27,031 nt of DNA from an uncultured Geminicoccaceae bacterium. Lineage in GTDB: Bacteria > Pseudomonadota > Alphaproteobacteria > Geminicoccales > Geminicoccaceae. The notes under the pieces were generated by a model. That model was not told the DNA's origin. It saw nothing but the letters and a program-made list of their open reading frames with translations, and ran no database searches. The position numbers were made by a program, and so were the translations under genes. The stretch's first letter is position 1; every line of letters starts with the position of its first letter. Below are positions 17,849 through 24,750 of this stretch, one piece after another. The stretch is from positions 1-27,031 of the forward strand of contig CAYYZI010000002.1 in assembly GCA_964475675.1 (NCBI GenBank), read 5' to 3'.

Positions 17849-18706
17849 GTGCTGATTTCCGGACGCGCCCGGTTGGCGGCGGTAATCGGCGATCCGATCG
17901 CCCACTCGCTTTCCCCGCGCCTTCACGGCTACTGGCTCGAGCGCTACGGCATCGACGGCGCCTATATCCCGCTCCATGTTCGTGCCGAGGATCTCGCCGA
18001 GGTCTTCCGCCTGCTGCCGAGGCTGGGATTTCGCGGCTGGAACGTGACATTGCCGCACAAGGAGGCGGCCCTGGCGCTGGTCGACGAGGCCGATCCTGCG
18101 GCGCGCCGCATCGGTGCGGTCAACACCGTGCTGGTCGGGGAGGAGGGGCGGCTTTCGGGCCTCAATACCGACGGCTTCGGTTTTCTCGCCAATCTGCGGG
18201 CCCGCGTGCCCGGTCTCGAGCTCGACCGCGGCCCGGCGGTGGTGATCGGGGCCGGCGGTGCCGCCCGAGCGGTGGCATGCGCGCTCTGCGAGGCCGGCTG
18301 CCGCGATCTTCGCATCGTCAACCGTACCGAAGCCCGGGCACGGGCCCTGGCGGCCTGGCTGCAGCAGCAGTTTGCGGTAACCGTCGCCACCTCGCCCTGG
18401 TCGGCGCGGCGGCGGGCCCTGGCGGAGGCGCTGCTCTGCGTCAACTGCACCAGTCTCGGCATGAAGGGGCAGGGGGCTCTCGATCTGCCGCTCGATCTCC
18501 TGCCCCGTCACGCGGTGGTGGTCGATATCGTCTATGTGCCGCTGGAAACCGCCCTGCTGCGGGAGGCCCGGGAGCGAGGCCACCCCGTGGTCGACGGTCT
18601 CGGGATGCTCCTGTGGCAGGCTGTTCCGGGTTTCCGCCACTGGGGCGGCATCGAGCCCGAGATCGACGAGGAGGTCCGGACCTGCCTTTTGCAAGCCCTT
18701 TCCTGA
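17849..18706 (+). CDS. aroE: Shikimate dehydrogenase
   Basis: GTG 17849 after GGAGGGG. Motifs GDPIAHSLSP, NVTLPHKE, IGAVNT, NTDGFGF, GAGGAARA, DIVYVP.ET, DGLGMLLWQA. Confidence 0.96.
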   Translation: MLISGRARLAAVIGDPIAHSLSPRLHGYWLERYGIDGAYIPLHVRAEDLAEVFRLLPRLGFRGWNVTLPHKEAALALVDEADPAARRIGAVNTVLVGEEGRLSGLNTDGFGFLANLRARVPGLELDRGPAVVIGAGGAARAVACALCEAGCRDLRIVNRTEARARALAAWLQQQFAVTVATSPWSARRRALAEALLCVNCTSLGMKGQGALDLPLDLLPRHAVVVDIVYVPLETALLREARERGHPVVDGLGMLLWQAVPGFRHWGGIEPEIDEEVRTCLLQALS

Positions 18707-18733
18707 GCCGGTGCCGGGCGATGTCGCGGGGAG

Positions 18734-18742
18734 TTATCCACA
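18734..18742 (+). promoter_or_regulatory. Perfect DnaA box
   Basis: TTATCCACA, exact consensus, ~20 bp from the AT-rich element and ~100 bp from the first iteron. Confidence 0.85.
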
Positions 18743-18763
18743 GGAGGAAAGGCCGGCGGGGCC

Positions 18764-18797
18764 GTTAGAATGTTATATAGACTCTGTTAGAAAGTTA
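18764..18797 (+). other. AT-rich DNA-unwinding element
   Basis: 25/33 A+T over 18765-18797. Contains GTTAGAAWGTTA twice (18764, 18786), 22 bp apart. Confidence 0.7.
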
Positions 18798-18842
18798 GGG
18801 GCGCGAATCCGCCTTTACTCTCATGGGGTTGCAGGAGATTTT

Positions 18843-19427
18843 GTGAACGATGTACCGAACATCCGTGAATGAAGTACCGAATCGAAGCGTGAACGATGTA
18901 CCGAACATCCGTGAATGAAGTACCGAAGGTGGTGACTTCCGGTTGAAGGGTTTCGGCGTGAATGATGTACCGACCGCCGAGCCTCGCCGATTTGCGGGGA
19001 TTGCGGGAGGATGCCCGCGCTCTTTGTGAACCCCGAGCGCTTTGTGAACGATGTACCGAATGGGCCGTCGGGGCCTGCACTGCGCCGGCGGATGTGAACG
19101 ATGTACCGAGTCCGGTGGCCGTTCGCCCGCGCTCCGCACGGCCGCTGGCGGCTCCGGACAGCGCGCGGCGGAGCGGGCAGGGAAGCGGCCGCCGGAGAAA
19201 GTTCCCCGATCCGCTCTTCCGGGCGGCATCGCCGGGAAATGTGAACGATGTACCGAACCGGAAGCCGGCCGGCGCTCGCAGGGAAACGGTGCCGGACGCG
19301 GCCTTCGGGCGATTTGTGAACGATGTACCGAGTCCGGTGGCCGGTCACCGGTGAACGATGTACCGAAGGGAGGGCAGGGGAGCGCGTCTCTTCCGCCGTC
19401 CGCGGGGGAATGTGAACGATGTACCGA
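18843..19427 (+). repeat. Iteron array: eleven same-orientation 16-bp repeats, consensus GTGAACGATGTACCGA
   Basis: Starts at 18843, 18865, 18889, 18911, 18958, 19044, 19094, 19241, 19316, 19351 and 19412. Copies 2 and 4 read GTGAATGAAGTACCGA; copy 5 reads GTGAATGATGTACCGA. Degenerate copy near 19026. 18843-18881 is duplicated at 18889-18927. Confidence 0.93.
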
Positions 19428-19428
19428 G

Positions 19429-20328
19429 TCAGGCCAGGGGGGCGATGATCTCCGGCGGCCGCTGCCCGCGCGGCCAGAAACTGACCAGGATGCGCTCGTT
19501 GGTCGACCAGCGGCGCGAATCGAACCCCTCCTCGGCGGCCGCCTGCTTGTCCTTGGGATCGAAGCTCATGGCGATGTGGTAATCGGGCAGATCGTCGTCC
19601 TCGACCACCTTCTTGAGCTGCGGTTTGAAGAAGCGGGGCTCCAGCACCGAGCCGCATTTCTCGATCAGCTTGGGCAGGGTGATCACCCATTTCTCCTGAT
19701 GCCCGCAATGCTTGCGGGCGAGTTCGTAGAGCCGCCGCTTGAGCCCCATCGACAGGGCGAAATAGCGCTGGTTGATGGTCAGCACCCGGCGATCCTTGAC
19801 GATTGCCCGGAACATCCAGTCGTTGAGGGAGATCTCGCATGCTCCCATGATCTTCTTGCCGCTCTTGGTCCGTCGCTCGAGGATGCGGAAGGTCTCGATC
19901 CAGCCGAAACCGCGTCTTTCCTTGATCTCTCCCGCCTCGATGGTGGTCAGGATGGTGGTCGAGCGCAGCCGGAACATGGCATCGAGAAACAGTTCATACG
20001 CCCGCTTGCCGGTGCCCCGGCCGGTCATCTTGAGGAAATTGTGGGCGTTGAAACGTACCGTCTTGTCGACCGGCAGGCCGCGCTCCAGCCGGTCGTTGAT
20101 GATCGAGGCGATGTAGATCAGGACATCCTTGTCCCAGATGGTGGCCAGTCCCTTCTCGCCCGGCCGCACCTCGATCTTGACCTTGCCGTCGTCGTAGACG
20201 AGCGGCTTCATCCGCGGCGCCTTCTGCAGCGAGAAGAACGGAAACTCCATCAGCGCCCGATCGTCCTTGAAGGGCGCGTTGATCAGGCTGTCGAGAAAGA
20301 GATCGACCTGCTTTTCCGCCATGCTCAT
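19429..20328 (-). CDS. repA: Plasmid replication initiator, RPA (replication initiator protein A) family
   Basis: PFKDDRALMEFPFFSL, GLATIWDKDVLIY, VRFNAHNFLKMTGRGTGKRAYELFLDAMFRLRSTTI, YFALSMGLKRRLYELARKHCG. Flanked on both sides by the 16-bp repeat. Confidence 0.9.
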   Translation of the reverse strand: MSMAEKQVDLFLDSLINAPFKDDRALMEFPFFSLQKAPRMKPLVYDDGKVKIEVRPGEKGLATIWDKDVLIYIASIINDRLERGLPVDKTVRFNAHNFLKMTGRGTGKRAYELFLDAMFRLRSTTILTTIEAGEIKERRGFGWIETFRILERRTKSGKKIMGACEISLNDWMFRAIVKDRRVLTINQRYFALSMGLKRRLYELARKHCGHQEKWVITLPKLIEKCGSVLEPRFFKPQLKKVVEDDDLPDYHIAMSFDPKDKQAAAEEGFDSRRWSTNERILVSFWPRGQRPPEIIAPLA

Positions 20329-20350
20329 GGTCCGGTCGTCCCGCCTGCAG

Positions 20351-20366
20351 GTGAACGATGTACCGA
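20351..20366 (+). promoter_or_regulatory. Solo iteron upstream of repA (probable autoregulatory operator)
   Basis: Exact GTGAACGATGTACCGA, 22 nt upstream of the repA ATG. Confidence 0.75.
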
Positions 20367-20579
20367 ATCCGCAGCCGCGCCGCTTGCGCGGCCGGGGGCA
20401 CCGGGCGGCGCCGGCATCACGGCCGACCCCGTCGGGTGATCTGCGCGGCCGGTCCGCGATGACGGAAATCGAGGCATGGCCGTCCCGGAATTGGCGATTC
20501 CGCCGACGGAGTTAGCGGCAATGCCCCCGTCCCGTCCAGAGAGCTTTCGACCATGCCGGGAAAATCTCCCGCCCGTCAC

Positions 20580-20608
20580 CTTGAAGGCGTCAGCGGCAAT
20601 GCCCTTAT
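20580..20608 (+). promoter_or_regulatory. RpoH (sigma32)-like promoter of hsp20
   Basis: CTTGAA-N16-CCCTTAT, ~85 nt upstream of the Hsp20 start. Confidence 0.55.
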
Positions 20609-20693
20609 GAACCGGTGTGGTGGCGTCTCTGGGAAACGCGGCAGGATACCTCGGGGTTTCATCGAAACCGGACAGGATGAAGGGGAGATCGCC

Positions 20694-21179
20694 ATGAATT
20701 TCCGCATGTTGACGCCGTTCGGACGGCAGGAGCTGGCCGCCGGTGAGGATCCGTTCACCGCCATGCGGCGCGAGATGGACCGGCTGTTCGACGAGATGAC
20801 CCGCAGCTTCGGGCTGCCCCGTACACCTCTCGGCGAGGGGGTGCTGGCGCCGCGGGTCGATGTCAAGGAAACCGAGGATGCCATCGTCGTCCAGGCGGAG
20901 CTGCCCGGGGTCGAGGAAAAGGATGTCGAGATCGAGTTCGCCGACGGCGTGCTGACGCTGCGCGGCGAGAAGAAGCAGGAGCGCGAGGAGGAGGAAAAGG
21001 AGAAGGGCTACTATCTGATGGAACGTTCCTACGGTGCCTTTCTCCGCCGCATCCCGATTCCCGCCGAGATCGACGAGGACAACATCCGGGCGGTCTTCGA
21101 CAAGGGGGTGCTGACCGTCACCCTGCCCAAGAAGCCCGAGTCCCAGCCCAGGAAGATCGCCATCAAGGCCGGCGAATAG
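20694..21179 (+). CDS. Small heat shock protein, Hsp20/alpha-crystallin family
   Basis: ATG 20694 after AGGGGAG. Motifs PRVDVKETED, AELPGV, GVLTLRGEK, ERSYGAFLRRI.IP, AVFDKGVLTVTLPK. Confidence 0.95.
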   Translation: MNFRMLTPFGRQELAAGEDPFTAMRREMDRLFDEMTRSFGLPRTPLGEGVLAPRVDVKETEDAIVVQAELPGVEEKDVEIEFADGVLTLRGEKKQEREEEEKEKGYYLMERSYGAFLRRIPIPAEIDEDNIRAVFDKGVLTVTLPKKPESQPRKIAIKAGE

Positions 21180-21218
21180 AGAGGCTTTCGCCTTTTCTCC
21201 GGCCCGTCCGGATCCGCC

Positions 21219-21244
21219 GAACGCCCCGCAGCCGCGGGGCGTTC
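21219..21244 (+). terminator. 11-bp hairpin downstream of hsp20 (possible terminator, no clear U-tract)
   Basis: GAACGCCCCGC-AGCC-GCGGGGCGTTC. Confidence 0.45.
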
Positions 21245-21311
21245 CCGGCGTTGGGCCCTTTCCCCGCCGCCTGCCGCTTTCTAGACTGGGCATTGCGGCG
21301 AGGAGGCTTCG

Positions 21312-22019
21312 GTGGCTGCTGGCGGTGACAGGGAGCGGGAACTCGAAGTGGTGGACCTGCTGGCCGGGCTCGAGCCGCGGGAGCGGGCCCGTATCGCCGG
21401 CCTCTGCCGTTTCCAGCGGGTGGCTGCCGGCGCCACCGTGTTGGCGCGCGAGGAAGAGGGCTCGGATCTGGTGTTCGTGCTCGAAGGCAGTCTCGAGGTG
21501 ATCGAGATCCTGCCGGGCGGCCGTGCCATCAGTCTCGCCCTGGTAGAGGCCGGCGGTCATGTCGGCGAGCTCGCGGCCATCGATGGCGGGCCGCGGGCGG
21601 CCGCGGTACGGGCGCGGGAGGCGAGCCGTCTCGCCCGGCTCGATGCGGCGAACTTCCGCCGGCTGCTCGAACGCCATCCGGGGATCGCCGGCCGTCTGCT
21701 GCGGGATCTGGTGCGCATCATCCGCCTCTCCAACCTGCGCATCGGCGAGCTCGCCGGACTGCGCGTAGTGCAGCGCCTGGCCCGCCATCTCCTCGAACAG
21801 GCCCGGATGGAGGAGGGCCGGTGGGTGCTCCGGCCGGCGCCCACCCAGGAGGAGATGGCGGCCGCCCTCGCCACCACCCGCGAGACGGTGGCCCGGGCCC
21901 TGGCCCGCCTGCGGGCGGCGGATCTGGTGCGGCGCCGGGGCCGTACCCTGCATCTGCCCGATCATGCCCGGCTGCTGGCGGTGATCGGCAGCCGCGAGGA
22001 TGGCGGTCCCCTGCGTTAG
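21312..22019 (+). CDS. Crp/Fnr-family transcriptional regulator
   Basis: GAGGAGG RBS before GTG. cNMP-binding motif GELAAIDGGPRAAAVRA, HTH TQEEMAAALATTRETVARAL. No FNR-type Cys cluster. Confidence 0.92.
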   Translation: MAAGGDRERELEVVDLLAGLEPRERARIAGLCRFQRVAAGATVLAREEEGSDLVFVLEGSLEVIEILPGGRAISLALVEAGGHVGELAAIDGGPRAAAVRAREASRLARLDAANFRRLLERHPGIAGRLLRDLVRIIRLSNLRIGELAGLRVVQRLARHLLEQARMEEGRWVLRPAPTQEEMAAALATTRETVARALARLRAADLVRRRGRTLHLPDHARLLAVIGSREDGGPLR

Positions 22020-22194
22020 GGCCGTTCCTTCCCTCCGCACAATACTTCTCCGAAACCACCAAGACGGCGCAAGTGCACACAGATGCTCACAGGAATGCGA
22101 GCATGTACCTCCCGTCACATCCTCCGAAGACATTCGATGACATGCTGCGGTGTGAAGAAAACCCGTCGGTTTTCGGAAATACCGGAGCGTTGTC

Positions 22195-22545
22195 ATGTCC
22201 GAGACGATCAGGATCCTCTCCCGGCCCGAGCCCTGGCAGACGGCGCTGCGCGTGCTCGGCATCAGTGCCGCCACCCTGTTTCTCCTGCTGGGGGTGCGCA
22301 GTGTCACCGCCGCTCCCCGCTGCGGCCAGCGCCAGAGCCTCGGCGAAACGCTGGCCACGGCCCGGGGCGAGCGTCCGGTCTCCCTGGGGCTCGACCGCAC
22401 CGGCCAGGTGGTGGAGCTGTTCGCTTCCGAGGGCGGTCGCACCTGGACCCTGCTGGTCACCCGGCCGGACGGCGCCAGCTGCATCATCGCCCGCGGCCGC
22501 TACTGGGAAATGCTGACCCCGCCGGGGCCCCGCGAGGGGGCCTGA
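22195..22545 (+). CDS. Small exported/membrane-anchored hypothetical protein (116 aa, two Cys)
   Basis: GGAG RBS, hydrophobic N-terminal segment, C...GE...LG...VELFAS...TWTLLVTRPDG.SCIIA.G..W pattern that I recall from alphaproteobacterial hypotheticals (unverified). Confidence 0.75.
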   Translation: MSETIRILSRPEPWQTALRVLGISAATLFLLLGVRSVTAAPRCGQRQSLGETLATARGERPVSLGLDRTGQVVELFASEGGRTWTLLVTRPDGASCIIARGRYWEMLTPPGPREGA

Positions 22546-22578
22546 TCGGGCACATCCTCCGGCACCGAGGAGACCGTC

Positions 22579-23295
22579 ATGAATGCCGTGTCCCGCACCC
22601 GTCTCGCGCCGCTCGCCGCGCTGCCGGCGGCCGGCATCCGCCCCCTGCACGACCGTCCCGCGGCGGATCCCTGCCGCCAGCTGCTGATGCTGCGTTTCCT
22701 CCTGGTCAATCTGGTGGGCGCCGCCCTGCTTCTGGCGGTCTGGCAGCAGGGCTGGATCGGCCGCATCGTCAGCGCCGACGAGAGCCGCATCGTGCTGGTG
22801 ATCGCCGCCCTGTTTCTGGCCGGTTTCGCCTGGTCGCTGCGACGCGCCGCCGAGCTCGCCTTCGAGCTCGACCAGGCGCGCTGCCGCCGGCCCCGGCCGG
22901 GCTCGCGTGCGGCCCGCTTTCTGCGTCTGGCGGGAGAGGTGCCGCCGTCGGCGCGGGGCGGCATCGAGACGGCACTGCGCCTGGAGCTGGCGGCGAGCAT
23001 CGCTCCCGTCCGGCATCTCGGCGGCGTGCTCGTTCTGCTGGGGCTGATCGGCACGGTGCTCGGCTTCGTGATCGCCCTCTCGGGTGTCGACCCGGCGGCA
23101 GCCGCCGATGTCTCGGCCATCGCCCCGATGGTCTCGAGCCTGGTCGCCGGGCTCGGGGTGGCCCTCTACACCACGCTGGTGGGAGCAGTGCTCAATCTCT
23201 GGCTGATGACCAACTACCGTCTCCTCGAGGGCGGTGCCACCCGGCTCCTGGGCAGGCTGCTCGAACGCGGTGCCGCCGTGCCGGCACGGATGTGA
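22579..23295 (+). CDS. MotA/TolQ/ExbB proton-channel family protein
   Basis: GAGGAG RBS, four hydrophobic segments, family signatures LLGLIGTVLGF and GVALYTTLVG. Confidence 0.88.
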   Translation: MNAVSRTRLAPLAALPAAGIRPLHDRPAADPCRQLLMLRFLLVNLVGAALLLAVWQQGWIGRIVSADESRIVLVIAALFLAGFAWSLRRAAELAFELDQARCRRPRPGSRAARFLRLAGEVPPSARGGIETALRLELAASIAPVRHLGGVLVLLGLIGTVLGFVIALSGVDPAAAADVSAIAPMVSSLVAGLGVALYTTLVGAVLNLWLMTNYRLLEGGATRLLGRLLERGAAVPARM

Positions 23296-23307
23296 GGAGA
23301 TCCGGGC

Positions 23308-23913
23308 ATGCGACCGCTGGACGGTTTCGACGAGGATGCCGAAGACACCGTGTTCCGCGATGTCATTCTGCTCGCGCTGGCCGGCTTTCTGGCCGTCCTC
23401 CTCCTGCTGCTGCCCCATGTCGCCCGGCCGGGGGTCGATCGGACCGCCGATGTCGAGCCGCCCGGCAGCATCATGGTCGAGGCCCGCTGGCCGGACACGC
23501 TCGATGCCGATGTCGATCTCTGGGTGCAGGCCCCGGGCGACATCCCGGTCGGCTATTCCAACAAGGGCGGGCTGGTGTTCGATCTCCTGCGCGACGATCT
23601 CGGCGCGCGCGGCGATGCCATGGAAATCAACTACGAGATCAGCTACGGCCGCAGCCTTCCGGCCGGCGAATACACCGTCAATCTGCATCTCTACCGCAAC
23701 CCCGCCAACCGCTTTCCGGTGCCGGTCACGGTGGTGGTGCGCGTGCGCCCGGAGGGGCGGGGGGCGAGCCGGCAGATCCTGATGGACCGCCTCGCGCTCG
23801 ATCGGGTCGGGCAGGAGCGCACCGTGTTCCGCTTCCGCCTCGACGATCGGGGCCGGCTGGTGCCGGGCAGCGTGACCCGCCTGCCGAGACCGTTGCGCAG
23901 CACCGGGGGATGA
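23308..23913 (+). CDS. Single-pass ExbD/MotB-like partner with a YfaP/DUF2135-like soluble domain
   Basis: GAGGAG RBS. TM helix starting FRD18VILL. Soluble part has W...DADVDLWVQAPG...VGYSN, LRDDLG and GEYTVNLHLY. Confidence 0.78.
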   Translation: MRPLDGFDEDAEDTVFRDVILLALAGFLAVLLLLLPHVARPGVDRTADVEPPGSIMVEARWPDTLDADVDLWVQAPGDIPVGYSNKGGLVFDLLRDDLGARGDAMEINYEISYGRSLPAGEYTVNLHLYRNPANRFPVPVTVVVRVRPEGRGASRQILMDRLALDRVGQERTVFRFRLDDRGRLVPGSVTRLPRPLRSTGG

Positions 23914-24428
23914 CGATGCCGATCTGGATGGGACTGCTTCTGGTGGCTGCCGCCGCTCTGGCCCTGCTCACCGGCCTCGTGCTGCGCAGCCCGCATCCCC
24001 TGTCGGTCAAGCTCCTGGCCCTGGCGGTGCCGGCCCTGTTCCTGCCGCTGCTGTGGCTGGCCACCGGCGAGATCCTGGGGCGGGCCAAGCCGGTGCAGCT
24101 CGAATGGTGGCGCTCGCGGATCGCGAGCGTCACCGTGGTGGCCAGCCATCTCCGCGAAGGCGAGGGAATCTATCTCTGGCTCCTGCTCCCGGGCGGGGAG
24201 GGGCCGCGGGCCTATGTCCTGCCCTGGCGGCAGCAGCTCGCCGAAAATCTGACCGAGGCCAGCAGGGAGGCCCGGGAGAACGGCACCGCGGTGATCATGC
24301 GGCTGCCCTTCGAACCTTCCCTCGACGATCGCCCGCCGGTTTTCCATGCCCTGCCGCAGCCGGCACTGCCGCCCAAGGAATGGCGCCTGCCGCCGCCTCC
24401 CTTCTCCGCTCCGGGCGCGCCTGCCTGA
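23910..24428 (+). CDS. Hypothetical membrane protein (two N-terminal TMs, 172 aa)
   Basis: 3' part of ORF 22083..24428. ATGA-coupled to the previous gene. Soluble domain EGEGIYLWL...PRAYVLPW, Pro-rich tail. Confidence 0.78.
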   Translation: MTMPIWMGLLLVAAAALALLTGLVLRSPHPLSVKLLALAVPALFLPLLWLATGEILGRAKPVQLEWWRSRIASVTVVASHLREGEGIYLWLLLPGGEGPRAYVLPWRQQLAENLTEASREARENGTAVIMRLPFEPSLDDRPPVFHALPQPALPPKEWRLPPPPFSAPGAPA

Positions 24429-24478
24429 AGACGCCGCCGCCAGCGGAATCCGCATCATGGCAGACGGGTGTACCATTG

Positions 24479-24502
24479 GCCGCGGATACGCGGCTTTTTC
24501 TT
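24479..24502 (+). terminator. Probable intrinsic terminator of the channel operon
   Basis: GCCGCG-GATA-CGCGGC followed by TTTTTCTT. Confidence 0.6.
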
Positions 24503-24750
24503 CGAGCTGCCCTGCACCTGCCAAACCGCGACCGTAGCTGTACCCGCGGGCAATTCGCCTGTGGGTACGCATCTGTGAGATATGGCATTGTTCCTCGGGG
24601 CGAGACATGGCACACCGCCCCGGGTTGGTTCGGCCTCGCCCCGAACCCATTGTTAAAGAGGAACGCCGGTCCAAGAACGAATCGCCCGGACCGCTCGGTT
24701 TCGGACCATGGTCGCCCCTCTGGGTTGGCAGGCCCGCCGGAGAAGCACGC

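Larger units (their letters stand above)
18734..19427. other. Plasmid/chromid replication origin (DnaA box + AT-rich element + iterons)
   Basis: Canonical iteron-origin order, directly adjoining the 3' end of repA. Confidence 0.85.

Noticed and set aside
15828-17855. 675-aa plus-strand ORF and other ORFs crossing the 16368-17088 gap
   Set aside because: Low-complexity R/P/G/A translation, overlaps NUDIX antisense and the SDR out of frame, no motifs. The gap is treated as non-coding.
18843-19427. Possible CRISPR array
   Set aside because: Repeats are only 16 bp and non-palindromic, spacers range from 6 to 131 bp, no cas genes are present, and the context (repA, DnaA box, AT-rich element) fits iterons.
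20610-20696. ROSE RNA thermometer in the hsp20 leader
   Set aside because: No U(U/C)GCU motif positioned to pair with the SD. Only a GGTTTC/GAAACC hairpin is present, so a non-ROSE thermometer is not excluded but is unsupported.
20325-22487. 720-aa minus-strand ORF
   Set aside because: Spans hsp20 and the Crp gene antisense; no coherent protein features.
22579-23913. Zorya, flagellar stator or Tol-Pal assignment
   Set aside because: The partner lacks an OmpA-like domain, the channel lacks the long ZorA tail, and no zorC/D/E, flagellar or tolAB/pal genes are adjacent.
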